Of a stretch of 43,020 nucleotides of DNA, positions 25,320-33,569 are shown piece by piece. Within the stretch, counting starts at the first letter, position 1. Every line of letters begins with the position of its first letter. The notes below the pieces were generated by a model. That model was given only the letters and a program-made list of their open reading frames with translations. It had not been told where the DNA came from and did not search any database. This stretch comes from an archaeon. Lineage in GTDB: Archaea; Aenigmatarchaeota; Aenigmatarchaeia; QMZP01. The stretch lies in the NCBI GenBank assembly GCA_035256265.1, contig DATEYJ010000020.1, positions 1 through 43,020 of the forward strand, read 5' to 3'. Position numbers and translations under genes: made by a program.

Positions 25320-27020
25320 TTAGTAGAAATCCTCGTCAGAGAACTCGTCCTCTTCCTTGTCCCCGCCCTCTTCCAGCTCTTCTTCTCCCGCATCCTTCTT
25401 CTTCCTGAACTTCTTGAAGAGGAAGAACCCCACCAGAGCTGCTGCAGCCACTCCCCCACCTATCAAGGATATTGTTACTATGTCAGGGCCCGGAGGCGTT
25501 TCGGGGATTTCGCATATGTTGCTGCTTGAGCATGTCTCTCCTGCATTGGTGCAGTCGCTGTCCGCGCAGCATTCCACACATGAGCCCCCGCAGCACACGC
25601 CTCCTGTGCATGAATCACTATCGCTCTTGCCTTCGCATTCCAGGGGAGGCGATATATTGGATTCGCACTTCTTGTCTGCTGTGCAGTATTCGTCCGTTCC
25701 TGTGCAGTCAAAAGAGGTGCAGCACTCCCCTCCGGATATGCACGAGCTATCGCAGCATATACCATCCGTGCCGCAGGAGTTCAGATTGGCCTTGCCTTCA
25801 CACTCGCCTGCCTGGATGCACTTGTACTCGGAACTGCATGTTCCGGAGATGCAGTTCAAATCGCTGCAGCACTCCACCGCACCTATTATGCATGTTCCGC
25901 TGCAGCATCTTCCCCCGAGGCACAGCTCCAGATCATCCTTCCCTTCGCACGTTACTGACTGACCTATGACGCTTATCTTGAATTCCAACGGTATCGGGAA
26001 CTGCATGATATCAGAGGACATGGTCGCTGTCGTGGAGATGTTGGTGTCGGACTGTATATTCTTCAGGGTGATTGAAAGGAACGTGCTCTCGTTCGGCCTG
26101 AGGATTGTGCTTTCGGCGCTTATGCTCAGGTATCTGCTTACGTCAACAGGCTCTGAGGGGAGAATAAAATCTATCGCGGTTATGTTCTCAGTCCCTGTGT
26201 TGGTCAGCTTGAACTTCTTGAGCGTGAAGGTCTGGCCGGAGTTTATGGTGGTTGAATAGCTTATCTTGCTTACTACCTGGCAGGTGGTCCCTGTGCAGGA
26301 CTCCAGCCTTATGTCCCCCACGGGGACTGTGCCGCCTCCCACTGCGATTTTCGAGACGCTTCCACCGAAATCGCCGCCAGCGTTGATTGTGAATTCTATG
26401 TAGTAGTTACCGTCGGGAAGTGTGAAGTTGCTTGATATGTATTTCAGGTATTGCGGGTTGTAATTCATGTACCCAGCCTTTACCTCACCAAGCGTGTCTG
26501 CCGAATATATCTTGTAATTCATCCTGCTGGCCGCGCTGGCTGCCACCGCTGACATGTAAACCGTCTTGTCTATCACGTCCACGCGGGGAGTTATCGTTAT
26601 CCCTCCTACATAAAGCTCTTTCGTGCTGTTCAGGGTCTGGCCATACTTTATGGCATTGACCTCTATAGTATAAGGAATCCCGTACGTGGGCGAGGGGAAG
26701 AGGCTGGGACCGCATATGTCTGTTTCTGTGTTGGAAAAATAGCACACCCACCTGTTGTTCGTGTCCCTCGGGGGGAAGCCTCCAATACCTCCCTCTATCC
26801 CGTAAAATATCCAGTTGAGGCTCACGGGCTCCGTGGGCAGGGCATTGGGATTGGCTATTATCAGAAAGCTCGAGTTGACTGAGAGGTTCGAGGGTATTAT
26901 GGTGATTTCAGGTGGGTCTATAGCCCTCACGCCTGGCAGGAACAGAAACGCAGCAAACGCTAGAATCCAGTAGTATTCTGGCCTGAAGGTGGCAAAGCCG
27001 CCTTCTTTCCAACGTGTCAT
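25320..27020 (-). CDS. surface protein with a triple CEGK cysteine-knot-like repeat, TM anchor and acidic cytoplasmic tail (566 aa)
   Basis: Signal YYWILAFAAFLFLPGVRA, followed by beta domains. Three ~45-aa repeats CEGK..[LS].C..G.CC...C...ECC...DC......C. TM helix IVTISLIGGGVAAAALVGFFLF followed by KKFRKKKDAGEEELEEGGDKEEDEFSDEDFY. Confidence 0.75.
   Translation of the reverse strand: MTRWKEGGFATFRPEYYWILAFAAFLFLPGVRAIDPPEITIIPSNLSVNSSFLIIANPNALPTEPVSLNWIFYGIEGGIGGFPPRDTNNRWVCYFSNTETDICGPSLFPSPTYGIPYTIEVNAIKYGQTLNSTKELYVGGITITPRVDVIDKTVYMSAVAASAASRMNYKIYSADTLGEVKAGYMNYNPQYLKYISSNFTLPDGNYYIEFTINAGGDFGGSVSKIAVGGGTVPVGDIRLESCTGTTCQVVSKISYSTTINSGQTFTLKKFKLTNTGTENITAIDFILPSEPVDVSRYLSISAESTILRPNESTFLSITLKNIQSDTNISTTATMSSDIMQFPIPLEFKISVIGQSVTCEGKDDLELCLGGRCCSGTCIIGAVECCSDLNCISGTCSSEYKCIQAGECEGKANLNSCGTDGICCDSSCISGGECCTSFDCTGTDEYCTADKKCESNISPPLECEGKSDSDSCTGGVCCGGSCVECCADSDCTNAGETCSSSNICEIPETPPGPDIVTISLIGGGVAAAALVGFFLFKKFRKKKDAGEEELEEGGDKEEDEFSDEDFY
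26985..27005. repeat. GC-rich hairpin family member (GAAGGTGGC-AAA-GCCGCCTTC) inside codons 6-12 of gene 25320..27020
   Basis: 9-bp stem (one G.T pair) with a 3-nt loop. It encodes KEGGFATF on the minus strand. The 5' flank is TCTGGCCT. Confidence 0.7.
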
Positions 27021-27083
27021 AAATATATATTATTGCGAGTGGCGGTATATAAGCAATATAAATCTGGGCGGAGAATATTGGTT
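27021..27083. promoter_or_regulatory. compact bidirectional promoter with two back-to-back TATA boxes
   Basis: TATATAA at 27045-27051 lies ~28 bp from the minus-strand ATG at 27020. ATATAAAT at 27056-27063 lies ~24 bp from the plus-strand ATG at 27084. Both genes would be leaderless. Confidence 0.5.
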
Positions 27084-27404
27084 ATGGTTTCATTTAAGGA
27101 GTTCCAGAACCTGGACCTCAGGGTAGGCAGGATACTTTCGGCAGATGCTGTGCCGGGGGCCGACAAGCTCTACAAGCTCTCTGTGGACATGGGAGGGAAG
27201 AACATCACGCTTGTGGCAGGCCTCAGGCCATACTACAAGCCCGAGGAGATGAAGGGCAAGAAGATAATAGTTGTCGCGAACCTGGACCCTGTCACCCTCA
27301 GGGGAGTGAGGTCCGAGGGCATGCTGCTCGCGGCCCAGGACGGGAATACCGTGAGCCTGCTCACGGTAGACAAGGATGTTAAACCAGGCTCGAAAATTTC
27401 ATAA
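27084..27404 (+). CDS. tRNA-binding domain protein (CsaA/Trbp111/EMAP-II-like OB fold)
   Basis: MVSFKEFQNLDLRVGRILSA...KLYKLSVDMGG...IIVVANLDPVTLRGVRSEGMLLAA is the canonical tRNA_bind domain. Start moved to the internal ATG at 27084. Confidence 0.85.
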   Translation: MVSFKEFQNLDLRVGRILSADAVPGADKLYKLSVDMGGKNITLVAGLRPYYKPEEMKGKKIIVVANLDPVTLRGVRSEGMLLAAQDGNTVSLLTVDKDVKPGSKIS

Positions 27405-27419
27405 AGACGAGTTGGTTCT

Positions 27420-28103
27420 ATGGAAGCCCAGAAAGTCCTTAAGGGGGAGAAGGTCGTCATACTGGCAGACCACAGGGAGATAGCCTCGAACGTGACAAGG
27501 CACCTCAGGCAACATGATGCAGAGATAAGGGAGATACAGCTCAAGACAGGGGACTACATAGTCTCGGAAAGGGTGGCTGTGGAGAGGAAAGCCATCCCGG
27601 ACTTCCTGCAGTCGATAATAGACCAGCGGCTCTTCAAGCAGATGGAGGAGCTTGCATGCTCGTATGAGAAGCCCGTGCTCATCCTGGAGGGGAATCCCGA
27701 GGCCATGTTCTTGGAGAGGAACATGCACGCGAACACCGTGCGGGGGGTCCTCTCCTCCATAGCCATAGATTACAGGATTCCCATAATCTGGACGCATAAT
27801 TCGAAGGAAACTGCCGCCCAGATATACTGGATGGCCTACAGGGAGCAGGTGCAGGAGAGCAAGGGCCTGCAGATAAGGTGCAACAAGAAGGTGGCCTCTC
27901 TGCCGCAGCAGCAAGAGTTCCTGGTGGCAGGCCTCCCGAACGTCTCGAATGTGCTCAGCAGGCGCCTTCTCAAGCACTTCGGGACTGTGCGGGACGTGTA
28001 TGACGCCACTCCGGAGGAGCTCATGAAGGTGGAGGGAATCGGGAAGGAGAAGGCCAAGAGGATATGGGAGCTCATAAACGCTGGGTATGAAGAAAAAGAC
28101 TGA
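27420..28103 (+). CDS. ERCC4/XPF-type structure-specific nuclease with C-terminal HhH2 (stand-alone Hef nuclease part)
   Basis: ERCC4 motif GDYIVSERVAVERK. C-terminal (HhH)2 LVAGLPNVSNVLSRRLLKHFGTVRDVYDATPEELMKVEGIGKEKAKRI. Only 227 aa, so there is no helicase part. Confidence 0.85.
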   Translation: MEAQKVLKGEKVVILADHREIASNVTRHLRQHDAEIREIQLKTGDYIVSERVAVERKAIPDFLQSIIDQRLFKQMEELACSYEKPVLILEGNPEAMFLERNMHANTVRGVLSSIAIDYRIPIIWTHNSKETAAQIYWMAYREQVQESKGLQIRCNKKVASLPQQQEFLVAGLPNVSNVLSRRLLKHFGTVRDVYDATPEELMKVEGIGKEKAKRIWELINAGYEEKD

Positions 28104-28135
28104 TGTTTTTATAATTTTTTTGATATATCGTTTCT

Positions 28136-28345
28136 ATGGCAAAATCCGAAGAAAGGAAATACACAAAGGAAGAGGTTCTTGAAATAGCAAAAATATATCA
28201 TAAATATATTGATGGCCAAATGCGCACATTTGCTATGGAGGAAGGATGTACCAAATTCTACCGGAATATATTGTCAGAAATGAAAAAATATCCGGATATT
28301 TTTGAGGATGATATTCGATGTATTGAAAATGCTATAAGTTACTAG
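28136..28345 (+). CDS. hypothetical small protein (69 aa) in a strongly AT-rich patch
   Basis: ORF only. Preceded by T-runs and TTTTTATAAT. Its stop abuts the convergent pyrG stop. Confidence 0.4.
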   Translation: MAKSEERKYTKEEVLEIAKIYHKYIDGQMRTFAMEEGCTKFYRNILSEMKKYPDIFEDDIRCIENAISY

Positions 28346-30055
28346 TTATTTCAAGCACGCTTCCAAAAATCCCCTGAAGAGCGGATGCGGATTTATCGGC
28401 CTGGAAGTGAGCTCTGGGTGGAACTGCGTGCCCAGGAAGAAACGTTTGTCCGGAAGCTCGAGTATCTGCATGATCTTCTTCTCAGGGGCGCGGCCCGAGA
28501 ATACCATGCCGTTCTTCTCCAGGGCCTCTATGTACTTGGTATTCACGTTCCACCTGTGGCGGAATCGCTCCCTCGCATGGTCCTTCCCGTAAAGCTTGTG
28601 GGCAAAGGAGCCTTTCTCTATTGCCAGGTCGAAGCCTCCGACCCTCATTGTCCCTCCAAGGCCCTTTATCTCCTCCTGCTCGGGAAGTATGCAAATCACG
28701 GGATGCGGGGTCTCGTCATCTATCTCAGTGCTGTTCGCTCCCTTCAGGCCGCACACGTTGCGGGAGAATTCTATCACAGCCATCTGGAAGCCGAAACAGA
28801 GACCGAAATACGGGAGGTCGTTCTCCCTCGCGTAGCGTATGCACTCTATCTTCCCTTCTGTTCCTCTCTCCCCGAAGCCTCCGGGGACTATTATCCCGTC
28901 CATCCCTTCCATCTTCTGCTTCACGTTATCTCTCGTCACGTTCGTGGCCTCTATCCATTTTATGGTCGGCTTGGCTCCCACGTAAGGGGCCGTGTGCTCT
29001 ATGGCCTTGAGTATGCTCAGGTAGGAATCATGGACAGAGGTGTACTTGCCCACTATCCCGATTGTGACCTCCTTTTTCGCGGAGTTTATTTTCTTTACGA
29101 GCTCCTCCCACTTGTGGTACTCTTCCCTGCTGTTCCCCTCCCTCTTCCCGAGCTTCAGGATCTTGATTATCTCCTCGTCCATGCCCGCATCCTTCAGGAA
29201 GAGCGGGATTTTGTAGATGTTGTCTATGTCGTAGCAGTTTATCACCCGTTCCATGGGCACGTTCGAGTATATGCTTATCTTCTCCCTTATCTTGTCGCTC
29301 ACGGGAGTCTCGCTCCTACATATGACTATGTCGGGCTGTATCCCCATGCCCATCAGCGTCCTGAGCCCGAGCTGCGCGGCCTTGCTCTTGTGCTCTCCAA
29401 GAGAGTGGGGCTGAAGTATGTAGGTGACTGTTATGAAGCACACGTTCTCCTTCCCCTCCTCATAAGCGAGCTCCCTCATGGCCTCCATGAAGTATGAGTT
29501 CTCTATGTCCCCCGCCGTCCCCCCGACCTCCACCATGACTATGTCCGCATCCGAGCCCACGGCAAGGCTCCTGAGGAAGCCCTTTATCTCCCCTGTCACG
29601 TGAGGGATGAACTGGACGTCGCGGCCAAGGTACTTGCCGGCCCTCTCCTTGTCTATTATTGTCTTGAATATCTTCCCTGAGGTGAGGTAGTTGCTCTTGG
29701 AGAAGGAAGTGTTCATCATCCTTTCATAGGTCCCGAGGTCCAGGTCGCACTCTGTCCCGTCATCCAGCACGAACACCTCCCCGTGCCTGTATGGATTAAG
29801 AGTCCCTGCGTCATAGTTCAGATAGCCGTCAAACTTTATGGGGGATACCTTGAACCCGTGGAAGAGCTTGAGGAGCGTGCCCACGGAGGAAGATATCGTG
29901 CCTTTGCCCACTCCGGAAATAACAGTTCCTGTTATGACCACGTACTTCGTCCGGCCTTTCTGGTAGCCCTTGGGGAAGGAAGTGAAGAACTCGCTCTCGT
30001 CCGTCTTCTTGGAAACGGCCTTGAACATCTCATGCGCATCAGGGGAGTCTGGCAT
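28346..30055 (-). CDS. pyrG: CTP synthase
   Basis: N-terminal synthetase P-loop region KYVVITGTVISGVGKGTISSS. Glutamine amidotransferase motifs GIIVPGGFGERG, GLCFGFQ and QFHPE. Has a ~35-aa N-terminal extension relative to the usual start. Confidence 0.95.
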   Translation of the reverse strand: MPDSPDAHEMFKAVSKKTDESEFFTSFPKGYQKGRTKYVVITGTVISGVGKGTISSSVGTLLKLFHGFKVSPIKFDGYLNYDAGTLNPYRHGEVFVLDDGTECDLDLGTYERMMNTSFSKSNYLTSGKIFKTIIDKERAGKYLGRDVQFIPHVTGEIKGFLRSLAVGSDADIVMVEVGGTAGDIENSYFMEAMRELAYEEGKENVCFITVTYILQPHSLGEHKSKAAQLGLRTLMGMGIQPDIVICRSETPVSDKIREKISIYSNVPMERVINCYDIDNIYKIPLFLKDAGMDEEIIKILKLGKREGNSREEYHKWEELVKKINSAKKEVTIGIVGKYTSVHDSYLSILKAIEHTAPYVGAKPTIKWIEATNVTRDNVKQKMEGMDGIIVPGGFGERGTEGKIECIRYARENDLPYFGLCFGFQMAVIEFSRNVCGLKGANSTEIDDETPHPVICILPEQEEIKGLGGTMRVGGFDLAIEKGSFAHKLYGKDHARERFRHRWNVNTKYIEALEKNGMVFSGRAPEKKIMQILELPDKRFFLGTQFHPELTSRPINPHPLFRGFLEACLK

Positions 30056-30110
30056 AATATATAAGGAGGCCTAAAGGATAAAAACTTGAAGCCTTATGGG
30101 AAAGGTGGGG

Positions 30111-30118
30111 TTTTTAAG
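30111..30118 (+). promoter_or_regulatory. TATA box (TTTTTAAG) for a leaderless transcript starting near 30140
   Basis: The box centre is ~26 bp upstream of the ATG at 30140. Confidence 0.45.
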
Positions 30119-30139
30119 ACAGGAATCCAACTTTTTGTT

Positions 30140-30355
30140 ATGGTAATAAGCAAAGACGTGATAGACAAGATTGCCGCACTCATGACAGCCGCGTTCGGGC
30201 TTGTGGCAGCTCTCGCGTGGAACGACGCGATAAAGAGCGCCATAGTGTCCCTCGGGCTGGAAGCCTATGGGCCGTGGCTTTACGCCATAATCGTGACCAT
30301 AATAGCCGTGGTGGCGACTGTCTACATAGGAAGGATAGCGGCAAAGGCCAAATAG
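30140..30355 (+). CDS. small two-helix membrane protein (71 aa)
   Basis: MVISKDVIDKIAALMTAAFGLVAALAWNDAIK...WLYAIIVTIIAVVATVYIG. Start chosen from the TATA spacing; the ORF-track start is 30086. Confidence 0.5.
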   Translation: MVISKDVIDKIAALMTAAFGLVAALAWNDAIKSAIVSLGLEAYGPWLYAIIVTIIAVVATVYIGRIAAKAK

Positions 30356-30398
30356 GCTCTTGCATTTCTTCAATAGAATCGGATAGAAGTAACTAGCT

Positions 30399-30686
30399 CT
30401 ATTCGTGCATGTCCCTTACGGAGGTTATGGCCTTCTGCGGGCACACTTCCACGCAGATTAAGCAGCCTTTGCACACCTGCGGGTCCCATACGGGCTTGCC
30501 TTTCCAGTGGATTGCGTTATCCGGGCACATGAGCCAGCACTGCTTGCACCTCACGCATTTCTTCATGTCCCAGACGGGCCTGAAGACCCTCCAGTCGCCT
30601 GTCCTCACCTTTACGGAATTCCCGGGCTCCTCCATGTGGGGGATGCCCTTGATTTTCTCGTATTTGAGTTTGCTCTCTTCAATCAT
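30399..30686 (-). CDS. porD: 2-oxoacid:ferredoxin oxidoreductase delta subunit (PorD-like 2x[4Fe-4S] ferredoxin)
   Basis: 95 aa. TGDWRVFRPVWDMKKCVRCKQCWLMCPDNAI...DPQVCKGCLICVEVCPQKAI shows the two CxxCxxCxxxCP motifs and the PorD-type leader. The remaining 306 codons of ORF 30399..31604 are antisense to the Hef helicase gene and were discarded. Confidence 0.8.
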   Translation of the reverse strand: MIEESKLKYEKIKGIPHMEEPGNSVKVRTGDWRVFRPVWDMKKCVRCKQCWLMCPDNAIHWKGKPVWDPQVCKGCLICVEVCPQKAITSVRDMHE

Positions 30687-30740
30687 GCTTTTCACTTTAT
30701 TATTGTAAGCCTTTGTATAAATTAAGAGCGAAGTGTTGTT

Positions 30741-32267
30741 ATGCCTTACGTTAATCATCCCCTGATAGTGGAGGATTCCATGGAGTCCAGGCCATACCAG
30801 GAGGCCATCCTGGGAACAGCAGTGAAGAACCACACGCTCTGCGTCCTCCCCACAGGCCTCGGGAAAACAAACGTGGCCATACTCCTTGCCGCGCACAGGC
30901 TGGAGAAATATCCAGACTCCAGAATTCTTGTGATGGCCCCCACAAGGCCTCTCGTGAACCAGCACCACAAGGTTTTTGGAAGGAGCATGAGAATCCCCCA
31001 GGAGGAGATGGTGGCTGTCACAGGCTTCATAAAGCCTGAGGAGAGGGAGTCTCTCTATCGAAAGAAGCTGGTCTTCGCCACTCCCCAAGTCATAGAGAAC
31101 GACCTCAGGAACGGGATTCTTTCCCTGAAGGACTTTTCCCTGCTTGTCATAGATGAGGCTCACCACTCCATAGGGGGGTACGCTTACCCGTATGTGGCAA
31201 AGCTCTACCTCCAGCAGTCCAGGTTCCCCCGCATTCTTGCACTCACGGCCTCCCCCGGAGGGACCGCGGAGAAGATAAATGAAATCAAGGAGAACTTGGG
31301 CACAGAGTGCGTGGAAATCCGCACGGATGAGGATTATGATGTGAAGCCCTGGATAAAGGAGAAGCAGATAGAGTGGGCTTATGTGGAGCTGCCTGAGAGC
31401 TTCTTGCGCATAAAGCGGTATCTGGACGAGGCCATAGAGGACCGCGCGAGCAAGCTCAAGAGCATGGGCTTCCTGAAAAAGCCAAGGCCTTCCAGGAGGG
31501 ATTTCCTGGAGCTGCAGGCAAGCATGCAGGCCTCCATAAAGAGAGGCCACAAGGCCGCCTTCGGGATCTCCTCCATAGTGGCGCAGGCCATAAAGCTCGA
31601 GCACGCGCTCGGGCTTCTGGAAACGCAGGGCATAACCGTGCTGGAGAAATACTGGAACAAATTGAAAGAGGACGAATCAAACGCGGCAAAGAACATCCTG
31701 AAGGACCAGAAAGTCGCGAATGCCATCTACCTTTCCAGGGGGCTTTATGAGCAGGGCTCCAAGCACCCCAAGATGGGGAGGCTCTGCCAGATCGTGGACA
31801 GGCAGGTCCGCGAGAAGCAGGACTCCAAGATAATAATCTTCGCGAACTACAGGGACTCTGTAAAGGAGATTGAGAGCAGCCTGAACAACATAGACGGTGT
31901 AAGGGCTGTGCAGTTCGTGGGCCAGAAGGAAGGGCTCACCCAGAAGGAGCAGATCCAGAGGATTTCTGACTTCCGGGAAGGGGTTTACAATGTCCTAGTA
32001 GGCACGAGCGTCTCTGAGGAGGGGCTGGACATCCCTGCCATGGATTTGGCGATTTTCTATGAACCAGTGCCCTCGGAGATAAGGTCCATACAAAGGCGCG
32101 GGAGGGTAGGAAGACAGAAGGTCGGGAGAGTAATCTTCCTCATAACCAGAAGGACCAGGGACGAGGCCTACTTCTGGAGCGCGAAGAACAAGGAAGCTAG
32201 GATGAAAAAAACTCTCTACGGAATGAAGAGGCAGCAATTGGAAGAGAATACTAACGAAGAAGTTTAG
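30741..32267 (+). CDS. Hef/FANCM-type SF2 helicase (stand-alone Hef helicase part)
   Basis: Walker A LPTGLGKT, DEAH box VIDEAHH, motif III LTASPG, motif VI QRRGRVGR, with an inserted helical domain between the RecA lobes as in Hef. 508 aa, with no ERCC4 domain. Confidence 0.85.
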   Translation: MPYVNHPLIVEDSMESRPYQEAILGTAVKNHTLCVLPTGLGKTNVAILLAAHRLEKYPDSRILVMAPTRPLVNQHHKVFGRSMRIPQEEMVAVTGFIKPEERESLYRKKLVFATPQVIENDLRNGILSLKDFSLLVIDEAHHSIGGYAYPYVAKLYLQQSRFPRILALTASPGGTAEKINEIKENLGTECVEIRTDEDYDVKPWIKEKQIEWAYVELPESFLRIKRYLDEAIEDRASKLKSMGFLKKPRPSRRDFLELQASMQASIKRGHKAAFGISSIVAQAIKLEHALGLLETQGITVLEKYWNKLKEDESNAAKNILKDQKVANAIYLSRGLYEQGSKHPKMGRLCQIVDRQVREKQDSKIIIFANYRDSVKEIESSLNNIDGVRAVQFVGQKEGLTQKEQIQRISDFREGVYNVLVGTSVSEEGLDIPAMDLAIFYEPVPSEIRSIQRRGRVGRQKVGRVIFLITRRTRDEAYFWSAKNKEARMKKTLYGMKRQQLEENTNEEV

Positions 32268-32277
32268 CTTGCCTCGG

Positions 32278-32568
32278 CTATAAATCAATCCAGCCTACAT
32301 GCTTTGCGCTTTCGTAAAGCTCTTTGTGGATTGAGTCAATTGTATCATATTCGCTCCTGTGAGCCTTTTTGAATTCCTCAAAATCTTCTCGAGAATCCCA
32401 TTTGTCCACAGTCAAGTAAATGCGTGAATTCTCCAGATTTTTTGCAATGTCCGTACTTCTATAATGCGGACTTGACATGAAAAAATTCGGCCAGTTGCGC
32501 CTGTTCATAGCTTCGAACTGCCTTTCGCAGCCTTCCTTCACGTGGAATTCCCAGATGTTTCCTTTCAT
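32278..32568 (-). CDS. small ABM/Dabb-like (antibiotic biosynthesis monooxygenase fold) protein
   Basis: 96 aa. WEFHVKEGCERQFE...IYLTVDKWDSREDFEEFKKAH resembles ABM-domain proteins. AT-richer than its neighbours. Confidence 0.5.
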   Translation of the reverse strand: MKGNIWEFHVKEGCERQFEAMNRRNWPNFFMSSPHYRSTDIAKNLENSRIYLTVDKWDSREDFEEFKKAHRSEYDTIDSIHKELYESAKHVGWIDL

Positions 32569-32600
32569 ATTTCTCCTTAGAATTCGAAAAGAAAGGGTGA

Positions 32601-33551
32601 TTACCGCCCTTCTCTTTCTTCCTCTTCCCTGACCTTCTCTTCCACTTCGTCCTTTATCCCAAGGGACTCCACCATCTCCTTGTACCTGTTCCTGATGGTG
32701 ACCTCTGTCACGCCAATCGCGTCTGCCACTTCCCTCTGGGTCTTTTTCTCGCCTTCAAGGACAGCGGCAATGTACAAAGCAGCTGCGGCCACGCCTATGG
32801 GACCCTTTCCAGAAGTGACGTCAAAGTTCCCAGCCTCGTCCAGAACCTCCACGGCCCTGACCTGCACCCTTTCGGAAAGGCTGAGCAGGGAGCCGAACCT
32901 GGGGACGTAGTCCTGCGCCTTTGCAGGAAGTATCCTTATCCTGAGCTTCCTAGCTATGTACCTATATGTCTTGCCAATATCCCTGCGGTTTATACCGGAG
33001 GCCTTGGATATCTCGTCCAGGGTCCTAGGAGCTCCTTCCTCGCGGCAGGTTGTGTACAAAAGAGCAGCAATAATGGATTCAGTAGAACGGCCCCTCACGA
33101 GGCCCTTGTTCACGGCCTGCTGGTAGAGCTTGGCCACCTTCTCGTGGACAGCCCTAGAAAGATGGAGCTGAGAGACAAGCCTCTGGAGCTCTGAGAATGC
33201 GAAAGATAAATTGCGATCTTTGGACTTTATGAGCCTCTTGTGCCACTTCGTGAGGCGGTAGTATTGAGCTCTTTTCTTGGAGGAAACCTTGAAGAGCTCG
33301 CCCTTCCCCTTGCCTATCTCAGTGGTTATGCCCTGGTCGTGCTTCATGGGCGTGAGGGCAGCTCCTGTCCTGACTCTCCTGGACCTCTGGTCCTCATCGA
33401 ACGCGCGCCACTCCTGGGTGAGGTCCACCATGGACTCGCTCAGGACAGCGCCGCACGCGTTACAAATAGTTTCCCCTCTCTCGTAATCATACCTTATCTT
33501 TTCAGAACCGCACTCAGGGCATACGGGGACGGCTTTTTGCTTCTTCTCCAT
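32601..33551 (-). CDS. tfb: transcription initiation factor TFB
   Basis: N-terminal Zn ribbon CPECGS...CNACG, a B-reader/linker, and two cyclin repeats (RSTESIIAALLYTTCREEGAPRTLDEI; PIGVAAAALYIAAVLEGEKKTQREVA). Confidence 0.95.
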   Translation of the reverse strand: MEKKQKAVPVCPECGSEKIRYDYERGETICNACGAVLSESMVDLTQEWRAFDEDQRSRRVRTGAALTPMKHDQGITTEIGKGKGELFKVSSKKRAQYYRLTKWHKRLIKSKDRNLSFAFSELQRLVSQLHLSRAVHEKVAKLYQQAVNKGLVRGRSTESIIAALLYTTCREEGAPRTLDEISKASGINRRDIGKTYRYIARKLRIRILPAKAQDYVPRFGSLLSLSERVQVRAVEVLDEAGNFDVTSGKGPIGVAAAALYIAAVLEGEKKTQREVADAIGVTEVTIRNRYKEMVESLGIKDEVEEKVREEEEREGR

Positions 33552-33569
33552 AACACACGACCTTCGATT

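Noticed and set aside
25357-25969. Plus-strand ORFs 25357..25962 and 25472..25969
   Set aside because: They are antisense to the Cys-repeat region of gene 25320..27020. Their apparent repeats merely mirror the CEGK repeats on the other strand.
28385-29497. 370-aa plus-strand ORF and several smaller ones within 28385-30064
   Set aside because: They are antisense to CTP synthase, whose motifs are unambiguous.
30687-31604. Upstream 306 codons of the 401-aa minus-strand ORF 30399..31604
   Set aside because: This stretch is antisense to the well-supported Hef helicase gene. Only the last 95 codons form a recognisable PorD ferredoxin with its own ATG.
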